Below, in pieces: positions 12,064 to 23,026 of a stretch of 64,000 nucleotides of DNA. The stretch spans positions 288,001-352,000 of the forward strand of contig CP000067.1 of assembly GCA_000002445.1 (NCBI GenBank), read 5' to 3'. The notes beneath the pieces are model-generated. The model did no database searches, was not told where the DNA came from, and saw only the letters and a program-made list of their open reading frames with translations. Within the stretch, counting starts at the first letter, position 1, and each line of letters opens with the position of its first letter. The translations under genes were made by a program, and so were the position numbers. This DNA is from Trypanosoma brucei (Eukaryota).

Positions 12064-12196
12064 GCACCTACTAACCAAATGTACGGAGCGTCACGATTGT
12101 GGTACGGGCGGGGAAAACGAAACATGAATCGAACGGGAAAAGAGGATAACAGACCTCCGGAACACGGAAGTTTTGCATTCACCACATCCCTTAAAC

Positions 12197-13963
12197 CTAG
12201 AGTATACCATTCTGGAGAGTTTGGAACTGATCGTACCGCCTCGTCCTCCAGTTGTCCACACTACCGACAATGAGTTCCTTAATATAAAGTGCAAAATCTC
12301 CCTCGTCCTCTAGATCCAAACGAAAGCGGGACCGCAGTTGCTGGATGGCAACTTCAGGAGAGGCCCCGAAACAAGGCAAAGTGTTGTAAGGCGTCATTAG
12401 CGAGACAAGTGCTACGATATCATCAGCTTTCTCGCGTATGGCTCTCATCCCCAAGAAGAACAATAGCTTAAAGTAATTAAATGGTGAACTTCCAACACCT
12501 CCCATTACTTCAAGGAGCTCTTGTGACAGTTTGAAAGGGGCTGATTCGAAGTTGACACCACCGGGAGATGTGACGAGCATAAAACCAAAGTCTATGTGCA
12601 CCAAACGGCCGTCTGCCCTTATCAAAATGTTCCCGTTGTGTCTATCTTTCACCTGAAGGATATAGGTAAAGATACTGTAACCAGCCATTGTCTCCACGAA
12701 ATTTCGCTGAGCCTCCCTATATCTTTGGGAACCCTTGCCACCAAAGGCCTCATTGAAGAACTGGGGAAGGTACGCCATCTGACATGACTTCTTGATTCCA
12801 TCAATGGAACAGGCACCCTCTACACACTCAATAATTCCAGAATCCACACCGACGGCAAGTGCCCTATAGGGGACAAGAGAGCATGTAAGTCCGGCATTCT
12901 TCCATATATTGTTGAAGAGGTCAACAAGTTGTAACGCCAACTCCTCTTGCCGCAAATTATCTCCACCTTTGACCACAAATGTGGCTGTACCCCAATTAGG
13001 ATGCCTCCCAAAGAATGACTTCTCGCGCAGACGAGCAGCTCGTTCCTCCGGAAGCTCTCCAAAGACCTTCCGAAACAACTTCATGTCAGGGGAAGCGGAC
13101 TTGATCGCAGTTACCTCCCCTCCTACATCTTCCCCCCTTCGGTCCAGCGACTGCTCCTCCATCAATTCATCTGATTCCGCCGAAATTTTAAACTTTCCAT
13201 TGGGAAGTCGTAACTTAGATGTAGTTGGGTCATTGACAGTTGCAGTGGAATCAACAATGACTTCGCATCGAAGGAGAAACGGCGCTCTCTCACGAGAAAA
13301 GAATACGACACTATCTTCAACAACGATGTTTACAATCCACTTTACCGGATCGTCATTACAACCCAAAGGGCATATGAGTGACTGCGACCTCAGTGATTTG
13401 TTGATTTCATCCAGCTCCTTCTTTAGCTCATGTTGTCGCCGATCTCTCTTGGTGAACGAAATTAAATGTTTACTCAAGTTGGTGATAAGATTGAGGAATG
13501 CTCTCTCATCGTTGAAAAGCTTAAGTCGCAGTTCCTTGCGCCTAATCTCTTCCTCTACCCCGTCAGTGTTGTTGGTTCGATCTGCTACACCCTTGCGGTT
13601 GATGGCAAAACTCTCGATCTTGTCGTGCACTTCCTTCACGCGCCCTCCAAGCCCAACGGCCGAAAACACGTCGCGTACCGAGTCCACTGTCCATGAGAGC
13701 CGCAACGCCAAGGTAAAAGATCGCCCCGCCAGCCAATGCATAAAACGTCGCAGGCGGTTACTTACCTCCGGACCCTTGTGCGTGATACAAGCATGAGATA
13801 TTTGAAGGAAGACCCTTTCAATGGTTGCAAGGGGGAACTCATGCAGATTTTGAACAAGAGCCATTTGCTCATCCTGAGAACCCCTCGGTAGGTACAGCAG
13901 TACCTCCAGAAGCCTGTGAAGACAAAACAAAGCATTCGACATTGCGTGGGAAAAAGGAAACAA
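12197..13963 (-). CDS. Phosphatidylinositol 4-kinase (PI4K III-beta-like)
   Basis: 588 aa; C-terminal PI3/PI4-kinase catalytic motifs 'KDRHNGNILIRADGRLVHIDFGFML' and 'GKGSQRYREAQRNFVETMAGYSIFTYILQ'. Size and domain order fit PI4KIII-beta. Confidence 0.85.
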   Translation of the reverse strand: MFPFSHAMSNALFCLHRLLEVLLYLPRGSQDEQMALVQNLHEFPLATIERVFLQISHACITHKGPEVSNRLRRFMHWLAGRSFTLALRLSWTVDSVRDVFSAVGLGGRVKEVHDKIESFAINRKGVADRTNNTDGVEEEIRRKELRLKLFNDERAFLNLITNLSKHLISFTKRDRRQHELKKELDEINKSLRSQSLICPLGCNDDPVKWIVNIVVEDSVVFFSRERAPFLLRCEVIVDSTATVNDPTTSKLRLPNGKFKISAESDELMEEQSLDRRGEDVGGEVTAIKSASPDMKLFRKVFGELPEERAARLREKSFFGRHPNWGTATFVVKGGDNLRQEELALQLVDLFNNIWKNAGLTCSLVPYRALAVGVDSGIIECVEGACSIDGIKKSCQMAYLPQFFNEAFGGKGSQRYREAQRNFVETMAGYSIFTYILQVKDRHNGNILIRADGRLVHIDFGFMLVTSPGGVNFESAPFKLSQELLEVMGGVGSSPFNYFKLLFFLGMRAIREKADDIVALVSLMTPYNTLPCFGASPEVAIQQLRSRFRLDLEDEGDFALYIKELIVGSVDNWRTRRYDQFQTLQNGIL

Positions 13964-14413
13964 AGATACTCCCCTAAGGTCCCCCCACCACAGGAATCAC
14001 TCGGGCACGCAGTTACTGTCCGCGTCCACTCGGCTTTTCGTGTCGCGGGCATGGGCGGCATTGCGCCATTGTGACATTAAAAAAAAAAGCAAAGAAAGAA
14101 ATTAAATAGGAGGCAAACCAAACAGAAGACTTTAAAAAAAGGACAAAACTCAGAGGCAAAAAACTAACTGTAGGTCACATAAAGATGTAGGTTTTACATC
14201 ACCACGACGGAGGAAAGAAGAAAAATAACCTGTTCGGCCCAGCGTCTTCCCCACCGGGAAGCATCGTAGTTCGCGCCATTCAATGTACAACATTAGAAAG
14301 AATGAAAGAGTTCCGTGAGCAGTGATACAAGCTCCACCCATAACGACTTGTTAACGCTGTGAATTCATAAAACAAGGGGAAGCTACCAACGGCCAACGCG
14401 AAGTAACGGTTAG

Positions 14414-16654
14414 TTACTCCAACGTCCATCCCTTCCTGGAAACAACCATTTCTTCTTTCAAAAAACTCTCCTGTAGCGATGATGACGTCTTCGCCACCTT
14501 GTCAAATAGGCCCTTTTCATCGTCGTCGTATTGGGACACGACGTCAACAGTTTTTACCTCGACCGGAAATGCCGGGAGAGGTCGCAACATGTGATGATCC
14601 TTCCCCAAACTTTTCAGCAACCCCTCCGTGCCTGAATATCGTCTTAAGAAAGATGACTTCTTACGCAGGGCATTGTCGTACGGTACATCGATCCGGGCGT
14701 TGTGCGGCTGCGTTAACTTCAACGGGAGCCACTGCGCTGGGTTGCCACTGTTCTCACCCTTCCACTCAGCCAGTGGAGGAAGGCTCTTTTTCATCCTCGA
14801 AGAGCCAACAGCGAGAAGGTAAGGAATGTCAGGAAGAGTGTTCCTTGCTTCATGCCGTCTTAACAGCACCGTTGCCAAGGCCGAAACAAACTCTGAAAAT
14901 GAGATACCTTGGGCGCTCTCTAATGTTTCTGCGCCTTTCAATGGGATTCTTTCCTCCGACCCCTCTAATTTCGATTTTGCGAATAAAAAACAATGGTCCT
15001 TTGTACCGGAGGTAATAATACACAATTCAGCACAAGCATCATCAAACCTTTCTACAGGCAGCAAATCGTTCGCCGCGTGATGTGAAAATGCCGTCCTCAA
15101 CACCTCCATTTGGGGAGGCAAAATTACTTGCTCAAAGGGAGACTCCAGGAGAGGGACACTTTTAGTTTCGAATGTTGTGCTACCCTTTACGTCGCGTATG
15201 GATATTGTTACATCTTTGTTTGGTCTCAGCAGAAGCTTCCCCTCATCCCCATACGTGACAAATTCTACCTTTGTTCCGTCAATGGAAATATTCCACATGC
15301 TTTTTGGAATAACAACCTCTACGATGTTGGGAGCACGCTGAAATGCATTGGCGCGTTGCTCATCAACGTACACCGTACAGCGCTGAACGCCGTAAATTGG
15401 TAGGCTGTACTCCGCTGGAGTGGGACGAATGAGCTCCTCTTCAAAAAGCTTAGCAGCCATACCGGTGGTAGATGTGGGTGCTTTTGCAGCGCTTTCCTGC
15501 TTGTCCATTAAAGGAATATCGTCAAACCCATCCTCCGGAAATTTTAGTATGCGAGGAGGGTATCCCTTCCCCGGATCGGGTGTGTCACATGGCCAGTCAT
15601 CCACCGTTAAGTTCCATCCTGAAATAAGAAAAGACGACAACTTGTTCAGAGGTACCTCTGCAGGAAACACCAGATTAGCCGAAGGAGTAATGGAGGCGAA
15701 TTTGTTGTCTTTAATGGGATCTGATACCATCGGAACACCGAGGAACTTGCAATAGTAATCCTCAAACGCGGCCCACACTTTGGCCGTAAAGGGGCGGTGG
15801 TGTTTGTGCTGCGACTCGTTAGAAAAAGCAACTATCGCCAACATTAAAAGGGCCTCTGCGAACGAGTGCAACTCCAGAGCTGCTCGAGTTTCTTTATCGA
15901 CATCTGGATGAACATACTTCATTAACTTGTGTATACCAGTGAATCCATCATACGTGAACACAGAAAGCGCCGCATTCCTTTGAGAAGGAGAGAAATGTGG
16001 AAAGATATCGTCAACCATCCCCTCAAAAGATGGACGATATATCCTGCCGCACTCGGCGTAGCGATCAAACAGAGGAAAAACTATCGAATCAGCTGAAGCT
16101 GCCAGTATATGCGTAATCAAGCGGTTGGCGTACGGTGTCCAGCTATTCTTCCTAGAGTCCAACGATACAACCATTCTTTTCAATACGATGGACCTGCTGA
16201 TGAATGGCTTGAAGAAGCGGCGCATGGTGTATGTTACGCTCGAGTGGATTTTTCCCTGTTCCTCTGCACACAAAGTTACGGCTTCGGAAATTGGATGATC
16301 GTCCTCTAACATTTCAGAGAAGCGCTGTGCCTGGTAACATCGTATACATACCACATTCATAATGGTAATAAACCCGTCGATATCCATGGTAAGATCAAGG
16401 GCGTTTTTCGTTTCACCACCTTTTCCACCCTCGTTGCAACTCCGTTGCAAGCCATGATGCTGCCACAGTGCCCCAAGCAATACCTGGTAGATACCAGTGA
16501 CAGGGCCGACGACGCCAGCAGAGCGTAGAAGCGTCATGAATCCGACATACGTCAAGCGCTGCCTCCGCAAAGACTCGCCGTGACTAAGAGCAATGTCAAA
16601 CAAGAGCCCCCAGTTAGTTTCCTCACTCCTACATGTCATCGCAACGAGAGGCAA
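14414..16654 (-). CDS. Conserved hypothetical protein (746 aa)
   Basis: Long uninterrupted ORF in PTU orientation with non-repetitive composition; I recognise no family motif. Confidence 0.6.
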   Translation of the reverse strand: MPLVAMTCRSEETNWGLLFDIALSHGESLRRQRLTYVGFMTLLRSAGVVGPVTGIYQVLLGALWQHHGLQRSCNEGGKGGETKNALDLTMDIDGFITIMNVVCIRCYQAQRFSEMLEDDHPISEAVTLCAEEQGKIHSSVTYTMRRFFKPFISRSIVLKRMVVSLDSRKNSWTPYANRLITHILAASADSIVFPLFDRYAECGRIYRPSFEGMVDDIFPHFSPSQRNAALSVFTYDGFTGIHKLMKYVHPDVDKETRAALELHSFAEALLMLAIVAFSNESQHKHHRPFTAKVWAAFEDYYCKFLGVPMVSDPIKDNKFASITPSANLVFPAEVPLNKLSSFLISGWNLTVDDWPCDTPDPGKGYPPRILKFPEDGFDDIPLMDKQESAAKAPTSTTGMAAKLFEEELIRPTPAEYSLPIYGVQRCTVYVDEQRANAFQRAPNIVEVVIPKSMWNISIDGTKVEFVTYGDEGKLLLRPNKDVTISIRDVKGSTTFETKSVPLLESPFEQVILPPQMEVLRTAFSHHAANDLLPVERFDDACAELCIITSGTKDHCFLFAKSKLEGSEERIPLKGAETLESAQGISFSEFVSALATVLLRRHEARNTLPDIPYLLAVGSSRMKKSLPPLAEWKGENSGNPAQWLPLKLTQPHNARIDVPYDNALRKKSSFLRRYSGTEGLLKSLGKDHHMLRPLPAFPVEVKTVDVVSQYDDDEKGLFDKVAKTSSSLQESFLKEEMVVSRKGWTLE

Positions 16655-18803
16655 GCACCTTATACAAATTATTCGGGCTTGAAGAGCAGTGTTTTAAAAA
16701 AGTCAAAAGAAGAAGGGACATGTAACGAAGCAGCAAATATAATAATCAGTGGAGAAGAAAGCCGGGAATAGACATAGCAGGAGTTAATGAGACGCTGCCG
16801 GAACACAGCCAATAAATGTTGGCCAGTGGAGCTCCTCTAGTGACACGCAACCTTAATCTCTTTCCAGATATGAAACTCCCATTCCAACGCACTTTAGCTC
16901 ATAGCGCACCACCACCACCACTAGCTCACGCCACAGCGCGGGTACGACGGTACTGCTGGGATTGCGTTTGAACTTTTGCCCTCTGTAGTGGCGTTGAGAC
17001 CGAAGTAACTAGTGTGTCAGGTAAACTCAACAGCAAACAGAGATATGATAACGACTACGCGCCAACTCCTGCGTCCACAAGTACTTCGCCACATTCCAAG
17101 CTCACAACTGAAACTTAAATGATAGCCAAAGAGTCTAATCCAACACCTCTACACGTTGAGTCAGCTGCAGCCCATCCTGGTCACTCGTCAACGGAAAACA
17201 CAAGTGCACACCACTGAGAGCTGCTGGGAAGTCAAAACTGTAAGTAGACTGCATACCTCAATCCTCAGTCCTTTGTGTGTGTTCAACCTCCAGACACGTA
17301 GCATATACACAACTTTGCGCGCACAGATTGTTCCAGCCCCACCCATACACCACCAAAAACGTCAAGAATGTTCCCTCCCCCGCTCTGCCGTCTGTCACAC
17401 CTAATCTTCATCCCTCAACACCACAGCCACCTCTCCGCACACTGCTGCAGCAGTTGATGGCTGTGGTCAATCAGACCAACCTCCAACCGACACTGTTAAC
17501 ACCGCACCACTCTCGAATTAGTGAAAAGATGACATGCGTCGTCCAGTCGGTCGAACAACAAATATTGCAGGTCTACACCATCACGCAGGCAAACCAGCAG
17601 AATCCCACAACTTACCCAACAATAAGTGAAGCAATGCTCATCAGCGGTGTCAGGACTTTCTCTCCCGTAGCAAAAAGCCAACTATGATGTGTCACGGAGC
17701 CCCCTAGTACTCTTCCTAAACCCCACAGCAACCGTGCGTGGAGCGGGCCCAACACAATTTGAAGCTCTCTAGGCGCTTCAACAAACTGTGAAGTGCCTTC
17801 GTTTCTTCCTTCGCATGCATTTGCAAACAGAGCACAGCACCCGACTCGTTGCTGTCAACCTCAAACTGATATCTCGGCAGTTCTCCCCTTATGAAAGTAC
17901 CGGCCTTCCGATGGGAAAAGGTATATCAGCGAGAGGACATTGCGAAATATATCCGAACGACACAGCCTGAAATCAGTGCAAAACGTCGTACCGCTCCTCT
18001 CCATCCGTCTACCGCAAATAACTGGCGAGCAGATGTTTTGCGTGACCTGCAGGTTGCATCGAAATGTTGAGAGAATGAACAACATGTAACCAAGGTAATA
18101 CCAGCCCCCGTTCACACCTGTGAAACGATATCCATGTACGTACTGTTCAAAAGCAGACTTACCAAGCCATATAGCAGGGGTGAGGATCCGTTGCAAAGCG
18201 AAGGGGACAGACGACGTATAAAGGGTAAAAGCGAAAGGCACAACAAGGGATATTTCACCGCAGTAGCACCATAGCTACGCCTAAGCCCAGTACGAGCCCA
18301 TATAGCAACAGAGCCGTTGACCATCGCGCAAAAAACGAGTTTAATCGCGCATGAGTTGAGAGTCTACGTCCAGCAACTGACCGAAGGGTGCGACGTAGGG
18401 TTGAAACAAAAACCAAGTGGTGGTCACCTACGACAATACAGCGCCTTAATGTGCGGCAAAGATCGTCCAATTAGAGCCTAGGTAATCCCCGAACTCACAC
18501 ACGTGGTGTACATGAAGCTATGTAGTACAAACATCGAACGCCTATGAACATATCAACCATTTAAATGTACCATCTCGACCGAATGTCGCGAATTTGTGCG
18601 CGCAAGACCGACCAAACAACACAAAACTGAGCTAGTGATAGAACCAAGGCCACTGAACTGGGTACGGTTAAGGGGCGTTTTGTGATACTCTACACCGTCC
18701 CGACACCTCAAGTGCGTGAATTAAGCAATAAAAAATGCTGCGAGGTTAACCACCGAAACAGCAACCCTGCGGATCGGTACCCGCACCGGACGTCGATACT
18801 CTA

Positions 18804-21530
18804 TCACGACCATTTTTTAAGGAAAGGGTTGACGAGCACGTCCGGGTCGTCTGAAGAATCCCTCTTCCCCTCGACGACAGGAGGTATATCGCCACCCCAA
18901 ACGTGTCTCGTGGGCTGCGGAGAACCAGCTTGGTGACGCTGCGTGAAGTTCAGTGGCGCTGCGGGATACCCCGCGCTTGCTGCCGTTGGTGGTTTTGGAT
19001 GTGCTAACGAAGTCTTACTGGGCCCCATGCTTAGCTGTTTCACGGCAGAAGTTGGAACGGGCGCAAGATTCACCACAGGGGGCAGTGGGGCCGACACGCC
19101 TGCTGCAGCACCCGGAAATAGTTCCGCGGGACCACTCTGTGGTCCACCTTTAATAGGGTGGACTTCAGCCGCCTGATCTCCATGATGCTGCAGGTTCGTT
19201 GAAACCCTTCCAGCACATTGGAATTGCACTTCATTCGCTGATACCCTTTCCGTTTTAAAGTGTCTCCTTTGCTTCCAGCATTGTTGCAAAAATCCAGACG
19301 CGCTGACAGCAACAATACTAATAACTGTGAAAAAAAGTGTGCTCATATTTATCGAAGACGTTTCGCCTCCGTAAGTTCCCACATCACCACCAGCGAACGG
19401 GTTAGCATCGAGGGTTTGAGACTGCCCTGGAGCAGGTGTATTGCCGTGACTATCACCTACAGTGGTATTATCACTGGCGGTACAGCGGCAACCACCAACC
19501 GAAAAATCAGACTTATCTCGACCCCCTTGAACTGCTTCGTCGGTTAATCCAACAGTGTCCACGATTTTCGCCACAACCTGCCTAAGCTTCATAACACCTT
19601 CACGGCACTCGGGCACCAATTGATTCTGAACAACGCAGCGCCCCCTCATATTATACACATCGTCACCAATCAGGCTGGCGAGTGCGCTCGCGTCGTCAGC
19701 CAACTGCTTCAAAAGCACAACAAAATCCGTTCCATCCTCTCTGGTCTCTTCTAAAGAGACCTTGCCATCCCTCTCATAACGTTTCTGCAACTCAGTTTCA
19801 TCATCATCAGGTTGCTGTGGCTCAGCTTCATTATCATCAGGTTGCTGTGGCTCAGCTTCATTATCATCAGGTTGCTGTGGCTCAGTTTCATTATCATCAG
19901 GTTGCTGTGGCTCAGTTTCCTTATCATCAGGTTGCTGTGGCTCAGCTTCATTATCATCAGGTTGCTGTGCCTCAGTTTCCTTATCATCAGGTTGCTGTGC
20001 CTCAGTTTCATTATCATCAGGTTGCTGTGGTTCAGTTTCCTTATCATCAGGTTGCTGTGCCTCAGTTTCCTTATCATCAGGTTGCTGTGCCTCAGTTTCC
20101 TTGTCATCAGGTTGCTGTGCCTCAGTTTCCTTATCATCAGGTTGCTGTGGTTCAGTTTCCTTATCATCAGGTTGCTGTGCCTCAGTTTCCTTATCATCAG
20201 GTTGCTGTGCCTCAGTTTCCTTGTCATCAGGTTGCTGTGCCTCAGTTTCCTTATCATCAGGTTGCTGTGCCTCAGTTTCATTATCATCAGGTTGCTGTGG
20301 TTCAGTTTCCTTATCATCAGGTTGCTGTGCCTCAGTTTCCTTATCATCAGGTTGCTGTGCCTCAGTTTCCTTGTCATCAGGTTGCTGTGCCTCAGTTTCC
20401 TTATCATCAGGTTGCTGTGCCTCAGTTTCATTATCATCAGGTTGCTGTGCCTCAGTTTCATTATCATCAGGTTGCTGTGGCTCAGTTTCCTTATCATCAG
20501 GTTGCTGTGCCTCAGTTTCATTATCATCAGGTTGCTGTGCCTCAGTTTCATTATCATCAGGTTGCTGTGCCTCAGTTTCATTATCATCAGGTTGCTGTGC
20601 CTCAGTTTCCTTATCATCAGGTTGCTGTGCCTCAGTTTCCTTATCATCAGGTTGCTGTGGCTCAGTTTCCTTGTCATCAGGTTGCTGTGCCTCAGTTTCA
20701 TTATCATCAGGTTGCTGTGCCTCAGTTTCATTATCATCAGGTTGCTGTGCCTCAGTTTCCTTATCATCAGGTTGCTGTGCCTCAGTTTCCTTGTCATCAG
20801 GTTGCTGTGCCTCAGTTTCCTTGTCATCAGGTTGCTGTGCCTCAGTTTCATTGTCATCAGGTTGCTGTGGTTCACTTTCATTATCATCAGGTTGCTGTGC
20901 CTCAGTTTCCTTATCATCAGGTTGCTGTGCCTCAGTTTCCTTATCATCAGGTTGCTGTGGTTCACTTTCATTATCATCAGGTTGCTGTGCCTCAGTTTCC
21001 TTGTCATCAGGTTGCTGTGCCTCAGTTTCATTGTCATCAGGTTGCTGTGGTTCACTTTCATTATCATCAGGTTGCTGTGCCTCAGTTTCCTTATCATCAG
21101 GTTGCTGTGCCTCAGTTTCCTTATCATCAGGTTGCTGTGGTTCACTTTCATTATCATCAGGTTGCTGTGCCTCAGTTTCCTTGTCATCTGGCGGCTTTAC
21201 ACGAGCTGATCCATTGGTGGTGTGTGCTGCATCCCTCTCCTCTTCGTTGTGGTTTTTGGCTCTCATCACTTGGCTGCCGCGGCCCACGTTGTTCTCGTCC
21301 GCCTCCTGACGTCCTTGGGCGCCAGTCTTGAGCTGAGTATCGGTTCTGTGGAGGCCGCCATCGCCTTCGACAGGAAACCGAGGTGCTCTGTTGCTTCTGC
21401 GCACTGCTTTCAATGTCCGTGCCTCGCCCACTTTACCTGTGTTAGCGTGTGCTATACAAGTAGAACACCAGCCTGCAACGCATGACACAACGGTTAACAG
21501 AAGTATCTTTGCGGTGTGGAGATGACGCAT
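18804..21530 (-). CDS. Type-I membrane protein with about 47 tandem acidic decapeptide repeats (PDD[K/N]ETE[A/P]QQ)
   Basis: 908 aa: N-terminal signal peptide 'MRHLHTAKILLLTVVSCVAGWCSTCIAHA', a long 10-aa repeat array, a cysteine-containing unique domain, a TM helix 'LFFTVISIVAVSASGFL', and a Pro-rich cytoplasmic tail. The repeat holds all three frames open on both strands, which explains the overlapping ORFs in the track. Confidence 0.8.
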   Translation of the reverse strand: MRHLHTAKILLLTVVSCVAGWCSTCIAHANTGKVGEARTLKAVRRSNRAPRFPVEGDGGLHRTDTQLKTGAQGRQEADENNVGRGSQVMRAKNHNEEERDAAHTTNGSARVKPPDDKETEAQQPDDNESEPQQPDDKETEAQQPDDKETEAQQPDDNESEPQQPDDNETEAQQPDDKETEAQQPDDNESEPQQPDDKETEAQQPDDKETEAQQPDDNESEPQQPDDNETEAQQPDDKETEAQQPDDKETEAQQPDDKETEAQQPDDNETEAQQPDDNETEAQQPDDKETEPQQPDDKETEAQQPDDKETEAQQPDDNETEAQQPDDNETEAQQPDDNETEAQQPDDKETEPQQPDDNETEAQQPDDNETEAQQPDDKETEAQQPDDKETEAQQPDDKETEAQQPDDKETEPQQPDDNETEAQQPDDKETEAQQPDDKETEAQQPDDKETEAQQPDDKETEPQQPDDKETEAQQPDDKETEAQQPDDKETEAQQPDDKETEPQQPDDNETEAQQPDDKETEAQQPDDNEAEPQQPDDKETEPQQPDDNETEPQQPDDNEAEPQQPDDNEAEPQQPDDDETELQKRYERDGKVSLEETREDGTDFVVLLKQLADDASALASLIGDDVYNMRGRCVVQNQLVPECREGVMKLRQVVAKIVDTVGLTDEAVQGGRDKSDFSVGGCRCTASDNTTVGDSHGNTPAPGQSQTLDANPFAGGDVGTYGGETSSINMSTLFFTVISIVAVSASGFLQQCWKQRRHFKTERVSANEVQFQCAGRVSTNLQHHGDQAAEVHPIKGGPQSGPAELFPGAAAGVSAPLPPVVNLAPVPTSAVKQLSMGPSKTSLAHPKPPTAASAGYPAAPLNFTQRHQAGSPQPTRHVWGGDIPPVVEGKRDSSDDPDVLVNPFLKKWS
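19791..21196 (-). repeat. Tandem array of about 47 copies of a 30-bp coding repeat
   Basis: Unit 'ctcagtttccttatcatcaggttgctgtgc' (+ strand), with variant positions giving K/N and A/P alternations. The array is in-frame, with no spacers or leader, so it is coding and not CRISPR. Confidence 0.95.
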
Positions 21531-21800
21531 CGTTAGGCCACCTTGGGAGTAGCTGATATTGAAGAAAGCACACCCCTTCAGATGATGAACTAAACAACAG
21601 GCTCAACTGTATGAGGTAGGTATTGAAATCCTGGGAAAATGTTGGGCGGGACCCCAACCACCTTACAAAGTGAAGGAGGTAGGAAAAGAAAATAACATGA
21701 TGACTCGGCAAACCACAAAATCTCTGACGCAGCAGTTAAATCAAGCAATAAAAAAGTGTTTCAACCATTGGTACCAAAAACCGGGTCCCTTACACAAATA

Positions 21801-22820
21801 TTAATCCCTACGTAGAGAAAATTCCATGGTGTCACCGGGAACAGTATCTATCCTAACCGGCTCCACACCCATGGTATCTATACTGGTACCAATCCGCATC
21901 ATTGTTCCACCGATGCGTTGCGGCTTCACGGGCGGGAGGTTTCTCAAAGATGGAGGTACCACTGGTGGCGCGTCGTATCCCACTTCTTCGAGTGACAAGC
22001 AAGGCCCCCTGGACCCAGCGCCACCAAGGAGGTCTCGCACGTCGCCTCTGGGATGAGGTACTACTATTTCAATAATATCAAGAGGCTTCATCTCCTTCTT
22101 CACTTCCTTTGCCATAACTTCATGCTTTATTTTCCACACACCTGACCCCTCCAGTGCCGCCTCGTCACGAATTTCCTCCGTGGTTTTTAGAGGTGCTGGG
22201 ATCGACCGAAGAATGTCGTCAGCAGCGGCTTTGGCTATATTAAGATCCTTCGCCTCGCTTTTAAGAAGAATAACCACGTGCTTCATGTTCCTTTCGGATG
22301 CAATATAGAGAGGACTTTTCCCATCTATGTCACAAACTTCAGTCTTCGCGTCCGCCCGAAGCAGGCGGTACACGACCTCGTGAAATCCCGCTTTAGCTGC
22401 AACGAACAGTGGAGTTTCTTTCCTACTGTTACGGGCATTAATATCACCTCCTTTTGCTAATATGATCTCAATGAGAGCAGCGTCACCGATGCGGGAAGCC
22501 AAATGCAGGACAGTCTCTCCGCCGCCGCCATTTACCACATTAGGATTCGCACCCCTTTCCAGCAGCAGCTGCGCAACATCCCTCTTTCCGTTAAAGCACG
22601 CTATGTACAGCGGGGTTTCAAGATCTGAACCCTTTAAATCTGTTTGCGCCCCCAGCTGCAGAATCTCCTTGACGGTGCTAACACCTACCCCCTTCTTCAT
22701 GCATGCGTAGTAGAGTGGCGTGTATCCGTCGGAGTTCGTAGTATTTACGTTGCCACACGACAAGGTGCGACGCAGTGTACCATGGTCCTGGCGGTCAATT
22801 GCATCAAAGGCGGCTTCCAT
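21801..22820 (-). CDS. Ankyrin-repeat protein
   Basis: 339 aa with several ANK units ('GYTPLYYACMKKG', 'ETPLYIACFNGKRDVAQLLLERGANPN', 'ETVLHLASRIGDAALIEIILAKGGDINARN', 'ETPLFVAAKAGFHEVV', 'KSPLYIASERNMKHVVILL'). Confidence 0.9.
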   Translation of the reverse strand: MEAAFDAIDRQDHGTLRRTLSCGNVNTTNSDGYTPLYYACMKKGVGVSTVKEILQLGAQTDLKGSDLETPLYIACFNGKRDVAQLLLERGANPNVVNGGGGETVLHLASRIGDAALIEIILAKGGDINARNSRKETPLFVAAKAGFHEVVYRLLRADAKTEVCDIDGKSPLYIASERNMKHVVILLKSEAKDLNIAKAAADDILRSIPAPLKTTEEIRDEAALEGSGVWKIKHEVMAKEVKKEMKPLDIIEIVVPHPRGDVRDLLGGAGSRGPCLSLEEVGYDAPPVVPPSLRNLPPVKPQRIGGTMMRIGTSIDTMGVEPVRIDTVPGDTMEFSLRRD

Positions 22821-23026
22821 CTATAAGTTTAGTCGCGTTTTTACCTAACAACAGACGGGAAAGGTATAGACATGCGTGTCAGTGCGCTTGCCACACTGTA
22901 CGAATAAACGGAGCCAGAAACTCTCGGGCAGCTGGAAGCTAACAGGTGGCGCAAAAACATATTTATTCGCAACTCAATTAACAGCACATTCAACACGAAA
23001 GGCCCTCATACCCAAGAGTAAAATTG

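Noticed and set aside
17277-17687. 136-aa + strand ORF in the 2 kb ORF-free region below the repeat-protein gene
   Set aside because: Pro/Thr/Gln-rich low-complexity, antisense to the PTU. The region more likely holds the long 3'UTR of the repeat-protein mRNA.
19791-21196. A regular 30-bp repeat array that superficially resembles a CRISPR array
   Set aside because: There are no unique spacers between repeats. The array is in-frame coding sequence of a eukaryotic (trypanosomatid) gene. CRISPR is not expected here.
19682-21331. Four long overlapping ORFs on both strands through the repeat array (549, 465, 402 and 478 aa; HYHQVAV..., LLWLSFIIIR..., SSGCCASVSL..., HSNLMIRKLR...)
   Set aside because: These are artefacts of a 30-bp (3n) tandem repeat keeping every frame open. 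Only the minus-strand frame has a signal peptide, a TM helix and unique flanking domains.
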